Assembly: GCA_051294905.1 (NCBI GenBank)
Contig: CM119382.1
Coordinates: forward strand, 7,564,001 to 7,628,000
Length of the DNA: 64,000 nucleotides
Direction of reading: 5' to 3'
DNA from: Botryllus schlosseri
Taxonomy: Eukaryota
The notes under the pieces are model-generated. The model was not told the origin of the DNA and ran no database searches. It worked only from the letters and a program-made list of their open reading frames with translations. Of this stretch, positions 1-13,654 are shown piece after piece (position 1 is the first letter of the stretch; every line of letters starts with the position of its first letter). The position numbers and the translations under genes are program-made.

Positions 1-3000
1 TAAAAGACATATAAAGTGTGGGTCAACATGGGTCTCAGAAAAGTGAGCCAAAAAGATCGTCAGCAAGAAAACATTAGCCGAAAAGGATTTCCCTTATGTT
101 GACCGTAAACTTCGATATAAAAATGTCTTGATCCGGGTACCTAAATTGCTGGCGCCGAATATTCATGTCGTGTCAATCTGGACCAGATGAATATAAAATG
201 TGACCTAATATGGCCGCGGGTGTAATCATCCCTCTCCACACCCACAATAATTTCGTTGCTAGAGAGAGGAGAACAGCAACGACTAGCATAATAACAATAT
301 ATCTCGTCGTAATTTTCAAATTATGTGCAAGGTCCAACGGACCATGTGACCTCAATCAGCTTTCCATACCTTCGTAAGTTTGTAGCAATTCCTTAAATGA
401 TTGTAATCACCCTATCATCTTACCAGAAACGCATATCTGGGTTGAAAACGCGTGATATCAATCAACCGTAATTTTAACATTAAATTCAACTGACGTAGCT
501 CATGTCATCCGCTCATACCATGCAGCAGTGTTGCTTGAAAAATCAAACTCGTTTATTCGTCATCACGTACAAGGATAAAATGACTCTGCAGATGATCAGG
601 CTGAAATGTGGCGATATAGGTTCGGAAAGCAGCCAACTGCAAAGTTGACTTGTTTTGTCATTTCATAACGTCACAATGCTGCGGCAAGAGAGTGTCCATT
701 CAAACACCTATCACTGGCTATCAGACATATTGTGGTATCAGTTGTAAATACCCAGAGTGTCGGTTTCGCACAATGCGCTGGTTACAACGCTCGGTATAAT
801 CTAGGCTTACAGCCGATAATCTTACATTATATGCGTTGCACTATCTAAAACATGGGTACAGATATTCTATTTTCCTTATATTAACACACGGTAAGAAGCA
901 GTCAGATTCGGCTATCAATTACGGCCCCGTCCGTTCAAGCCAAGGCAACAATACATATATTGACATTGACAGTCTGATGTTTAAGTGATCAGAGCGTCAC
1001 GTCATCATCGTTGATCATTATGGCAGACTAGGGAGACCGCAGGCACTTTGATCAGAATTGCTTGACGGCAAATTCATTAAAGTGTCTTCCCAGCTATCTT
1101 GACGTCTCGATTGTTTGCAGTGGCTGAAAAACAAGGCAGCGATCTAATGCCAAATTGTTAGCTCCATGCACAGTACATACGTTTGAAGATTATACACAAC
1201 TCCAGTAAATTTCAAAACAAAAATGCAACATGATAGGTTGCTTCATCAAGATGGAGCTTTATCATAGGCCACACACTTGATTTTGAATCAATGAAACGAA
1301 AAGGCAGATGTTATCGTAACTATGTGCTCACTCACACAGCGTATATATACGATTTATCAATATTTAGAAAGTATCTAGCTAGTTGAATTATTTGAAATTA
1401 ATCGGGAAACAATATAAAGTTAACGTTACGCGATAAAAGTAGGCCTATTCCCAGATATATTGAGCGTGAAGTCAACATTTTACTAATTGAGTTCTGTGAA
1501 CACCTTTTCAAGGACGATTCTAAATCCGTTGCTACTCACATAGACGTTTAATAATCTGTCAGAAAGCACGTTACGCAGTGAAAATCTACCACGGCACGAA
1601 TTGAATTAGTGAGGGAAACATCACAGGACGCAGCCTCCGTTTGGCGACTGTTCTGTCCAGTACTTACCCTTCCGCGTGACGTAGTTAACGAAATATAATA
1701 CTTACAACAGAAGGGAAATGCATTCTATACTGAATACTCACTTTTTGTCATGGAAAAGGAGTCAGCGTGGCGATCCAAATTTGTACGCTATTGTACGCAG
1801 AATTCAGCAGCTATGTAGAATACTCTTCAATACACAGAACGAATCGTTCGATGAAAACACTGATTGGGAAGTAACTCCATCACGCATGTTTGCGTCTTTA
1901 AGTTTTCATATAAGATTCGTGTTAAGGATTCATGCTGATATACTTGTCATGAAACTTTAGGGCCATGAGGTGCTAATACATCTTCTGCATCATTCTACAT
2001 CATCTGCTAGTCCATCGTCCAAAGTAACGTCCATTTACAATAACCTGCTAATACGCTGAAACTAATCTTTCAATCACTCGGTGACAGCGGACATGAGACC
2101 TTACCAGTTGATGGCACGCAATTGGTCGTGCGTACGTATACAATACAAAAGTCATCGACCTAATTCAACATTGTGAATTGTGCCTATCTCTGTAAGAAAG
2201 GCGGCATGTTAAATTTTTTGTGATAAAAGTAGGCTATTCCTAAGCTACTGATCGATCTGTATATTCTGCGAATTCGGTAGCCTTTGGGAGACAAAAACCG
2301 ACTTTTCAGACACCAATACCGGGCCATCCCCGTGCCCAAGCCGTTGAATCGGATATCATCGCGTTCAGTTCGACGAGAGGAAGACGGGGATAACTCTGTC
2401 GAACCCCTAAGACCAGCGGTTGTCGATCGGTATTTCGATCTATGTTCTGATACCGACCGATCGAAAAACCAACTGCGTAACCCGTATTGGCGTACTATCA
2501 CGGGTTTTTGGAAGAAAACTTTTTTCTACGCGTCTCAGCCCCATTTCCCGGGTATCGTTGGAATCGTAATCGAATTACGCGTCTGCCGGTACCAAATTTA
2601 TCCGGCTACGATATTCGGTTGGCGAGAAATCGGTGATTAAAAAAACTGTGAAAAAAGCGCTATACACTGTTTTTTGAAGGCCGATCCCGAGTCGGCTGAA
2701 AGTCCGATACGATCGTATCGGGTATCGGTCTACGCGGGACCCGAAGACGAACGCAGCGGTACCTCGTATGGCCCAGTGGTGTGAACGACCGAGACGGAAC
2801 CTCGAAACGCCCGCCTATGAAAAACGTGAACTTCTCGGATGATCCACCGATCCAGGATAATCCGAGGATTATAATCGAAAAACTCCCATAACTCCGCTTC
2901 TACTGGTCGGAATTGAGTCAAATTTGGTTTGCATCGTCTTTGAAGACAGCTAAACAATTTCATGGGGTTGGCAGAAAAATTTGAATTCTTTTTCAAAATT

Positions 3001-3164
3001 TCATCTAATAAATTAAAATTTTTAATTTGATCTGCGGAGTCCTTTACTTGTTAGAATTGAACCAACTTTGGTGTGCAGTGTTCTTAGGGTAACCTGACAA
3101 TTTAATAAGTCAATGGCTGGAATCCGAAATTTTACTTTATTTTTGAACAGCCCTAGTGTACGTA

Positions 3165-3740
3165 CGTACAGTCCATTTATGATCAGTGCGGGACTTGAAG
3201 AACAGGCCTGCAGGCATAGGCGGAGCCTGGAGCCTATTCAATCATATTACGTCGCATGCCATGCAATACCTCGTTTACAATGATGATGACCCCATTAAAC
3301 GCCAATGTAATCAAGGAGGTTCGTAATTCGAAATGAAGATAGGTTGGGATTAGTTTATACAGGGTTTGGCGCTTTGGCCATGTTGATAATTGTAATTATA
3401 ATTGATCGGGCAGGGTTATTACCAAAGGAAGTCATATGGGCGAATCGAAACCGTTAGTTGATTTGGCGGAGACAAATCCTTTGTAAGTGGCCGGGATGGT
3501 AATATCTAGAGATATCATAATGAAATGCTATTGTCTCACGTACATTTCTACTTGTAAATGTACAGTACGAGTGCACAAGCACATACGTACATTTATGATT
3601 AGTGCGGGATTTGAAGCACAGGCCTGCGGACATAGGTGGAGCCTGGAGCCTAATAAATCACATAATGTCGCATGCAATACCTCGTTTACAATGATGATTA
3701 TCTCATCATGCGCCAAGGTAATTAAGGAGGTTCGAAACCG
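3165..3740. repeat. Local direct duplication of a ~170-bp unit (~3165-3330 and ~3585-3740)
   Basis: Both contain atttatgat.agtgcggga.ttgaag.acaggcctgc..gagcctggagccta..gcaatacctcgtttacaatgatgat. Confidence 0.85.
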
Positions 3741-4833
3741 CAACTGGCTGGTATCGCAACTGTGGATCATATCACTACGTTTTCTCGCGACGCTCTCACT
3801 AATTGAGTGGCCTTGAATTCGAGATCTAGACGTGTCTCCGAGTACAGGCGAATGTTGGGTTAGCTTTGCTGGATTTCAGGCGGTGCGTTCTCTTCGGTAT
3901 CAAGCAGAATATTCATACACGTATCTGTTTAGAATTAGGTTTGACTAGTCTGACTATATGATGGATATACTAACCGACTCTGACTGCGACAACGAAGCAT
4001 TTGATCCTAAGCCAATAAAGCTCGGAAGATATGTCTCTTCTGACAAAGGTACGTACCATGTAATTCCGTATGATTACATGTATTTCAATATATCAGTGGT
4101 TCCTAATTATCTATTAAACAAGTGGAAATAGTCTAGAGGGTATTAAAGGACAACAGAAAGGTGGTATAACAATCTTTCGATTAAATTATAATCGCAAATT
4201 TACATTTGACAAATACATCAAGGTACGGCTCGTTCGTTGGGCTTTCTGAGACATAGGGACTATACGCCATGTGTTTCGGTCATCGTAATTTATGTAAAAT
4301 GTGTGTCATGTGCGTATACAATTATGCATAGTGTTGGTATGTTTCTTCCCTGTACCATCATGAATGATTCAGTTTACTGATATGATCATACGGCTTCTTA
4401 TACGAGTAGCATAATATTAGTTGTTTCGCTTGAAGCAGGCCTACAGTAGGCCTATATCTATGTTGAAGTCGAAACTGGAAGTATTATCTCTACTCTTTAC
4501 TCAACTATCAAATGTCTATACCACATTTCAGTTAATTTACTATTCGAACAGAGCAATGATACAAAGTTTTAAATTATTGATTCGAGCCCGAAATAATTCC
4601 AATGCTGACGCCAAGTTTTGAAAACGAACCATTCATCATTATGTCTATTATCAATTGAGTCAATTTGATGAGGAGTAATGTTTCGCAATGTTTCGATGAT
4701 CGATGATATGGTATATTTCATCAAATAGCGTTGTTATCCACGTACAATGTACATTGTGCAATATGTTTACGGTTTGTTGACAAGGATATTACGTGATGTG
4801 TTCGCTCCCTTATTACTACCGTGTACCATGAGC

Positions 4834-4905
4834 CAGGGGTGTCAAACTCGAATTGCTTCGCCGGCCGGATTCAGACCTTCAAATCGCTCGCGGGGCGGAC
4901 CAGTT
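4834..4905. mobile_element. Solo Charlie-like hAT left end (CAGGGGTGTCAAAC)
   Basis: Typical TIR plus GCCGGCCGG/GCGGGGCGG subterminal motifs; no partner end found. Confidence 0.55.
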
Positions 4906-5717
4906 ACATCAATCAAAAATGTTACCTCAAAATCAACGCCTCAGTTGAGCACTTGAATACTCAATTATACAGCCCATGTATGATGCGGTTATACTCTATC
5001 AAACCCGTTATTCGCAAACAATAGAATTTTTTCAAGTCCGTAATAGAACCTAGTCCAACCTTTGACGACTTTGTTATTGTCGATCCGTCTGCAACAGTAA
5101 TTAAAGGCAAAGTCGCTATTGCTCTTCGTTGATTTTAACTATGTTTCATATCGATTTGGGGAACATCATTTCGTATGGTATATTTTGATGCTGTCATCTT
5201 ACCAAGTTTCAAGACTATGACTTTATGACTAGCGCAGTAATTTCGCTGTCAAAGTCGAGCATCTAGTAAATCAGCCCGCGCCAATATATGGTCGACTTTG
5301 ATAACGTACTTACTACTTTAATTATTGGGTCACAGCCTTTAAATCTTCATACAATGTTAGATGCCATCATGAAGATATACAATCCGAAATTTTGCCATAT
5401 AGGAAACAATCAAAATGTACACATACCAATACTGTTTTTCGTGAAAAATCAGTTATGCGGTAGGCTGAAGGTCAGGTGATTGCATCTTACACTGAACCAA
5501 TTTTTGAGGGTGTGACTCGGTGATCAGGATAGTAATTTCGTTATGATAGTCGAGTATATCAAGTACATCGCTGACCTGCCATCTAGGCTACCGCATGATA
5601 GATTTTTCACAAAAGCCGAAATTGCTATAATGCTATATGTAGGTTTTGAATGTGTTTTATCCCGCGGGGGATAAAAAATATCGTATTGTATTGTATTGCC
5701 AGGTAGAGTGGAATGGG

Positions 5718-5848
5718 TTTGTTCGTTTTTGGTATTCATGGTGTTTGTCGACTACTATGATCATTCCCCCCATAATTGCCGACTTTTAGCAGGGCCCACT
5801 TCTGGGCTTTTATAAGACGCCGCTTACAGGGATGAGATGGCGAGGGGG
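5718..5848 (-). mobile_element. SINE family A 3' fragment
   Basis: ggtattcatggtgtttgtcgactactatg..gccgacttttagc..ttttataagac matches the reverse complement of the SINE 3' half. Confidence 0.78.
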
Positions 5849-7118
5849 AATGTAAATTGATGCTGTGTGTTCGCGTAATATACATTTATTAGTTATTGAT
5901 CATGGCAGTGAAGATATCGATTTCTTTGGATCCTACTTCCGAGCTAGGCCAACCTTCGATGTTATATGATTTCTTCTGACCGTCGTCGTTGAAATACCAT
6001 TGAACCTTACAATAGTTATATGCAGCTAGTAGCCCAAATTATAGATTTAATGAAATATGCTCGTGTCTTTTTAGGGTACAAAGAAATTGGAGAATTTGTG
6101 GAAAGCAGTGACATCCTGAAAGGTTTACCGGACATGCAAGAGGATAAAAATGGTTAAAACCAAAATCTTCAATGAGAGAAAAAGATGCCGCTCTGCACTG
6201 CATAAGGGGATGTCACAAATGCACGAATAGTCATGGACTATGACATCAGACTTTCAGCACGTAGCGTCAGTGATCTCTAGCACTGACGACTGTAGATTAC
6301 GATTGAGCAATTTCGTTTAGTACCTGGTGGCAATTTTAAATGTACAATTCGTTTCATGATTTTCGTTGCATTCTCTTCACAGCATTTTGTAGCGAATGTG
6401 TTTTGATAAATTGGTTTCGATCGCATGCTTCGAACTATTTCATTTCTTGGTGTGATTTAGCAGGTTGACATTGGTAGAATCGAACGATTTTTTGGCCGCT
6501 TTCAGCATTGGCTGGAGGATGCACCCATGGCTCACCATGGGGCGTAGCCGTATTGCTCGAGGTCCGAATTACTGAACAGTGAACAAGTTGGCGTATGGCT
6601 TAAAACAAATGGAAGTTAGCAATTATCAAGTGCCCAAGATTATCACGAATCAAGATTCAATGTGATCTGCTGTAGGGTTTTTAAGAGAAACATGAATTTG
6701 GAGCGAAGTTTATACGGTAACTCCTTACAATTTGACGCGGCTATAACATGGCGAGAGTCTGAGATCGGTTTAGAGACATGTTAAAGTGGTCTTTATTCGG
6801 TAATATTGGATCACAAAGTGTACAGTGCCTTAGTGGAAAAATTGCCTCATAACTGCTAGTAGACTGTATGGTCCATGAGACGTTATACTTCCGAGGGATA
6901 TTAGGGCTGCTTATATTAAACCGAATATATTTATTACCTAATTAGAACTTGGATCTGCTATCGCGACAGAGTAGCCACGGCTGGCCAACGAATGTCATAG
7001 TGATTTGGATACTAGCCGTAAAAAACTGGTGATCTAATCTGCAGCATGGCCAACTGTAGCTTCTTATAAAGACACATGTTCCGTATTTTCACAGCAGTTT
7101 TCAAACGCAAATATGTGC

Positions 7119-7393
7119 GTGGTGAAATGGCATGGTCATTGGTATAATCCACAGCTGCAACACCAATGGGTTGTTGGTTCGAGTCCGGCTGAGGACGACA
7201 CGAGAATTCCTACCCAAGTGTTGGAGGTTTATCTAGGCTCGTCGTCATCCTGTGATCCGCGTAAGCGGTGATTTATAAAAGCCTAGGAGTGGGCTGTGCT
7301 AAAAGTCGGTGAATACGGAATCAAAAAATGAATATAGGCATACTCTAAAACTACGAAATTAGTCAAAACACCATGAATAAAAAACAAACAAAC
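7119..7393 (+). mobile_element. SINE family A copy
   Basis: Same head (ggttcgagtcc), body (gtgttggaggtttat..ttataaaagcctag) and aaacaccatgaata..caaac tail. Confidence 0.87.
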
Positions 7394-8343
7394 GGCGAAT
7401 TATATATCGCGATCATCGGTATCGTACAAGGATGACGTCGTGGATTTCAAATAGTGACGTCAAAAGTGATTGTCATTGGTAAATGACTCTTTTGACGAAA
7501 CTGGTTCCCGAACCTTGTCATATAATACGACGTCAATGTCCACCTTAGTTCAGTAACAGCAATGGTCATGGTCTGGTAATTCAAAATGGCGAATTGTCTC
7601 CCTAAGTAACAAATGTCCACTAAAGTGGTCTATTAGATATTGAAAAAGTTGGGAAAAATTAGGGCGACCGCAGTTGGAGGACATTTCGTGTATATTCTAA
7701 ACGCTGCGATATAAACCGCAAATCACCAGTGACAAAGCGCGGAATCGATATTCCAAAACCAATCGAGTTATTTTCAGACGCCTAGTTTGTCTCCTTCTGT
7801 TGGCGATAACTGTCGCCCAACTGCTTCAAAACAGGACTGTCCACCAAAGTAGTCTAATAGGTAAATATATATACATATATATATATAAATAGGTCACTAT
7901 TGATTCCGGACTTTGAGTGAAGCAAGCATTTGTTCTTGCTATGCCCACTTGGACCATTCTAAGTTCCTAGTGTAGGCAGGAGGGCGCGTTGGTACTCATA
8001 CCTTGATCGGGAAATCTCCAGTTAGCCGATCGGTCTGTGATATGTCCATAGTTTCCAAGTGGCAGCATTATAACGGATGAATGATTCGCCGGAAATCGAG
8101 ATATACGTGCTGATTGCCGGTGAACGGAAGTTGCACATTCAGTATACTGACGAAGTATATCCGACGCGTAACTACGGCACTAATACTAACAGAGATAAAG
8201 AAACTAGGGGAGAGGTATGCCATTATACTTACATTTGTTGTTAGCAAAAAAAGACGACAATGCGCTGATAGGAGAATATAATAATGGAAGCTGGAGGCGT
8301 GAGTTGGAATCTTACTTCTGACAACACTTTTTATGTTCTGGGT

Positions 8344-8410
8344 CAGTGGTTCTCAACATCTTGTCTCCGCGGACCCCTTTTCGACCGTAATGGACCCCCA
8401 CGGACCCCGG
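8344..8410. mobile_element. Solo hAT left end (CAGTGGTTCTCAAC) with GGACCCC repeats
   Basis: Same TIR as 63709 element; no matching right end seen. Confidence 0.6.
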
Positions 8411-9966
8411 CACACACAAATACTAAGGTATAGTTAAAATATAACTCAATTATTCTGCAACCGTCACCTGTCTTAAGCAAATATTAACTGCAGCAAGCCA
8501 GTGATACCATCATACTATTTATGTAGAACTTCGGAAAACTTTTATTATTTCAAAGCGAATTCTGCAGATACACTTCTCGAAATAAGTCGTCATGTGCTGA
8601 AAATTCAATTTGATATAAACGAGGGCCGAAAATCCATTACCAGAAAATTAGGTGGTGGCGAATATAATAACAACGCGATGACATAATCACACCATATATG
8701 GCACCGAAATTAAGAATCGGATTCCTAATGAACATTCACGGTCCAGTCTAGTCATTTCCGTCTAGAAGCACATTTTGAAGTTATTCTGGAATAGCGGCTA
8801 TGTATATCAAATGAGAAACTGAATTTTTGCAAACGATTATTTCCCAAAATCCCAACAAAACATCTCCGAACAGCAGCATATGTTTATATCAGTAGGCAAT
8901 TGACAATTTTGCAATTAAATTGAGTTTGCACAGTGGTATATTTCATTTCAGACGGCCATTTTGTTTATGTGAGACCTGAAGTTTTAGCAGTTTTGAAGCG
9001 AAACTGTCTTGTGATTCTCCTAATTTAGAAAAATAAAAATTATGTTATCAACCATTTACTAATTTAGAGGTTTCGCGGGCCTTCAGTTGACAACCATTGT
9101 TCTAGGTATTTGAAGAACAATAACACATACGACGGACTTCCAATCCATCCAATTTGTTTTATCTGGTACGAAAGAATTATTTTATCACGGATGACTACGA
9201 TTTCCGTCTGGTCTTTCGCATACACTACACTTATGGATTCGGCGATGAGGCGACCATATAAACCTCCGATGTGCAGAAACCTGCCCGGGCTGGGGTCTAA
9301 TTCGCTTCCATCGGTGTGGTTTAACACACTGGGTCACGCAACTCCGTACTATTCACCAAGTATTTGACAAATGATAGTGTCTCAGATCCTGGATTTTCAT
9401 TCGGTAGGGTGACTACGATCTGCAAGACTTGTCTAAGATTTGGATATGTTATCAATTCAAGATAAACTTGTGATTTGAATGGAATCTGCAGCATTTCGAA
9501 AGCATGATATCCGCTCATTTCTGATACGATGCCACGCCTTGACCCTATAGTGAAATATTTAGACTTTGCAAAGGAAGCCAACCGAGATATAGGCTATTCT
9601 ACCTACATGGTTATTTCCCTGGTATAACGCTAAGGTTGTCGGGTATGACCAAAGTAAAACATTAACAGATATACATGAGACTTCCGTAACTCTCTCACTG
9701 CCTGCCACTCCTATGTCGCCAATGAGTATATTAAATACTTGCTGACAACAACTTGACTTTCGTCGATTACGTGAAATAAGTGCGTGCCATAGAGGCCCTT
9801 CTACAACACCAACGAAATGCAGTTTGCAAAAACTTTTTGACATCGTAAACAAACACTACAACTTCGATAAAATTTTTACTTCGTCAAAAAAACCTCTCTA
9901 TATAGTCATCACTAACAGTGTAATATTTACAGATCCTCCAGTGAAAATTGTTAAGTAGATTTTTAA

Positions 9967-10030
9967 CAGTGTTGGGATGGCTATATAGAGTCATGACTAG
10001 AGCCACTTGCTAAAATGACTTGACTTGACA
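9967..10030. mobile_element. Isolated terminus of the same hAT family
   Basis: cagtgttgggat..gagtcatgac..aaaatgacttgacttgac resembles the reverse complement of the right end of 13921-14901. Confidence 0.7.
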
Positions 10031-10686
10031 CTGCGTATCAGAAATGATATAGCTAGTGTGTTTAGTGAATGTCAATGTAAATAGGATATTCATATTTCTA
10101 CGAAGAATGGAAAATTACCAAGTTTACTATATCCAAAAAGAATGACTTTACTATTCGAACTATAGACTGTGTCCTGACCATCACCATTTGTGACTAAACT
10201 TTCAGTTATTGGAGCCTTCTAACCCCAGAAACCGTGATAAAACTTGCGAACAATATCGGTATCCAGTTTTAAAAATTCCATGTCGCAGACACATCTATTT
10301 CATTTAGGCAAATACTTCTCCTTCTTGGTCTGTGAGATAAGACTGCTGTTCCATATCTCTACAGCTGATGCCTATTCATTCAACGGCGGACTGCCAGTTC
10401 TGCTGTGAACAGTAGGTGGCCTATACAGTTTTACTTATTCGTCCCGAAACAAATTCAAACAATCTGTATTTACAAAGTGATGAAATATCACTTGAACAAC
10501 TAGCAACCACGCTATCTCGTCACCTACTAAACCCTAATGAATTGATATCTTGGTAAACTTGGGTTACCGGGCTTATCGAACGCCTTGAAATATTAATTAT
10601 GAATTGCACCGTGTGTCAATTGATCAGTGAGAAACAGACATGGTGGTGCCTGTATGACAATGCTGTTCTCAAATCCACATTGTCTT

Positions 10687-10913
10687 AGTTTTGTTTGTTT
10701 GTTTTGTTTTGTTTTATCAAGACATCACTGGCGCTTATCGCTATTATATTCATTTGCGCCCAGTACATGAATTTCAATAAGGTCAGATGTCTTTTTTGCT
10801 TTCGCTTCTTCAACGTGATCTTTTGCTGCCATCTTTCAAGAGTTCGGCTCTCTTGAACCAGCAACCATTGGTGTCGTGACTGCAGTGTTTTACCAACTGC
10901 GCCACCCGCTTCC
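10687..10913 (-). mobile_element. tRNA-derived SINE family B
   Basis: Reverse complement: TGGCGCAGTTGG (A box), caccaatggttgctGGTTCAAGA (B box), (CAAAA/CAAA)n tail; 12-bp TSD CCACATTGTCTT (10675-86 / 10914-25). Confidence 0.8.
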
Positions 10914-11664
10914 CCACATTGTCTTCGTCATTATGGGCGAGAAATGGCTTTGAAGTTACATTGCCGTCGTTAAAATACATTCATTTAATAGGATTTATTC
11001 CTTGTGGATAATTGGGCGAATAACGTATTGATTCAGCAATCCGGCCCGCCAAGTTCTTAATTTTCCTATATCCGGCCCGCCGACTGGAGAAGTTGCCCCC
11101 CCTCTGATATAGACTTTTCTACCTACATGGTTATTCCCCTGGTATAAAACTAGGGTTGTCTGGTATGACTTGAGTAAAACATTAACAGATCGGCCTACAC
11201 GAGACTTCCGTAATTTCCAAGTATCAAAATCGTTGCACAGCGAATCGGTGCGCAATGAACCACATCATGATGCCTGGAGTTTTTACATATGAAATATTTC
11301 CTATTACAACCCTGGCCATTTATCCTCCGGGCTTGGGACGGACATTGGTTTTGCTCTTCAGCGGATGGGTTCTTGCTGGCTACAAGCTAGCGAATATCGA
11401 TCTTGCTACCCTCTTGACGGCGAGATTTGCGGTAAAACCAGTTGTCAATCTATTTATAGGCCATCCAATATAGATACGTTAGATTTAATATGCTGGTCGT
11501 CAGGAGGTGAGTGGGATATGCGTCACTGCCTGGTTTAGTATTTTTTCAGGATTTTCAAAACCATCATTGATTCAACTACAATGAACTGATCATATACACC
11601 AGGTCGATATTATTCATGATGATTCCGTATCTGCCGACTTGCAGTACGGCCCACTTCTTCTAAA

Positions 11665-11787
11665 GACACCACTTAGGCGGATAAGATGGCGAGAAGTAGC
11701 GAAGGTAAACCTCCGACCAATGATATATATATATCATTGCCTCCGACACATGGGAAGGGATTTTGGAGTCGACCTCGGCCGGTGTCG
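11665..11787 (-). mobile_element. SINE family A internal fragment
   Basis: aagacaccact..gatggcgag..aaacctcc..ttttggagtcgacctcggccgg. Confidence 0.65.
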
Positions 11788-12040
11788 CAAAGATGGTTGA
11801 TCAAAGTTCATGCAGTTAATTCTCGCACACATATAGTGACATACACGCCTCATTTTTAGACCCTGTTGCGTCACCACGCGGTGAAAATATCAAGTTGTAA
11901 AGTATTCTGCTCAGCACCTTTCCAGCACTCGCTTTTGGCTAGTCAAGCAATCCGCATCCAAGCATGCTTAACAAGCAATAGGTAGACCTTTCTCATCACG
12001 ACAACCATCGCAACCAACATCTTCCTGGAAACCCTGGTTA

Positions 12041-12314
12041 TTGTTTGTGGTATTCATGGTGTTTGTCGAATACTATGGTCGTTTACATCAGACCGATTTT
12101 CTTCATTTTTATTCCGTATAGCTGTCGATTTCTAGCACACAACCTACTTCTCGGCTTTTTATAAGGCACCGCTTGCGCAGATGAGATCGCGAGGAGGAGC
12201 CTAAATAAACCTCCAACACTTGGGTAGGAATTCTGGAGTCGACCTCGGTCGGACTCGAACCCGCAACACATTGGTGTTGCCGCTGTGGATGATACCACTA
12301 CGCTGTCTCGCCAC
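12041..12314 (-). mobile_element. SINE family A copy
   Basis: Reverse complement begins gtggcgagacagcgtagtggtatc..gggttcgagtccgaccgaggtcgac. Confidence 0.88.
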
Positions 12315-12924
12315 AAGTTCTCCTGCGACTCCGCGAAGTGAAGTGTGCTCCCAGAAATATCGACGGTGATAGCACCTAGAATCCAAATTGACCGACACCT
12401 GTTCACCGAAACCGTAGATATTGATATGACTGCGCGGTTCCGAAATGACGGCAATGAATAGTTCCGCCCTTGAAATCTGAGCTCCCCGGTATGAATGCGA
12501 CCTAAAGAGGAAAGCACATCATCCCGTAAAGAAATACGAATTTGAAATCTTTCAAGTAGCCTAGCGACAATCTTCATTGGAGGTCACGAAATAACAACAT
12601 GCTTCCACAAAGTAATGCGGAGCCACCCGAAACTTCATTAAGAGTCTTAAGTGTGTGGCATTGTGTCCTAAATTTTTGAACACATCATTTCCACCAGCTC
12701 CAGGATGAATTCTGATCACGTGTATGCTATGTATGGAAGTACCAATATCATCGACCAAATTTATACATAAACTCGAAAAGAAATTCGCGCGCCCAGTGAA
12801 TTTATACATACTTATTTTCACAGCAGTTAAAGTAGCTATTGGTGCATGGTATAAGCCGACAAACATAAACGGATAAGTTCGCCGATACCTAACACGGCCA
12901 CATCTACGAATCGGGTGACACCGG

Positions 12925-13062
12925 NNNNNNNNNNNNNNNNNNNNNNNNNNNNNNNNNNNNNNNNNNNNNNNNNNNNNNNNNNNNNNNNNNNNNNNNNNNN
13001 NNNNNNNNNNNNNNNNNNNNNNNNNNNNNNNNNNNNNNNNNNNNNNNNNNNNNNNNNNNNNN
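12925..13062. other. Assembly gap (138 N)
   Basis: Run of n. Confidence 1.
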
Positions 13063-13654
13063 AGTAAGACGATCCTATTTCGATTTTTTTTATAATCTAT
13101 AAACTTTATGAAAGTTGATTACAGTAGTAAGAATTATAGTTGGCAGTCAAAAAGCCCTGAGCCACAGATAAAATAATAATAATAATAATAATAGCAGACA
13201 ACGACCTGACATATCGATCTCGCCTTCCGTCACTTGCCACCAGATTTTATCGCTTTCCATTTTATAATAACCCATTTTACTTTCATTCAGTGTGCAGGCC
13301 TCCTCTTTACATCGCCGAGGCCCAGGTGAGTGTCTGATCTCAAAGAATACTCCTGGTCGTTCGGCATCTTCCTATCATTCATTGTATTGCAGTCTTATTA
13401 TGTTTTGAAGTGATGAAATTTTATGAATAAAATCGAACTTGAACTGGTTACATCATGGCAGATACATAGGTTAACATTACTTAATCATGACGAAGTTCGC
13501 GTAATGATTCGGAGTTCGGTAAATCCGATGGCGAGGGAGGCCATGGTTCGAGTCACGGCATTACCCCATTATGTAAGCTCCTCCTCCCACATACGTCGCT
13601 GTTTTCATGTCGTCTTCGCATTAAAGACCTGGCGAAATACGAACGAAGAGCACG

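Larger units (their letters stand above)
9587..11215. repeat. Dispersed ~110-bp duplication (9587-9690 and 11107-11215)
   Basis: ctacctacatggttatt.ccctggtataa..gttgtc.ggtatgac..agtaaaacattaacagat..gagacttccgtaa in both. Confidence 0.85.

Noticed and set aside
4834-11106. One large hAT element from the 4834 left end to the 11106 right end
   Set aside because: The flanking 8-mers differ (CCATGAGC versus ATATAGAC) and the TIRs match poorly.
12083-12577. 164-aa ORF as a gene (also 17858-18262)
   Set aside because: Largely read through SINE family A copies; no recognisable domain.
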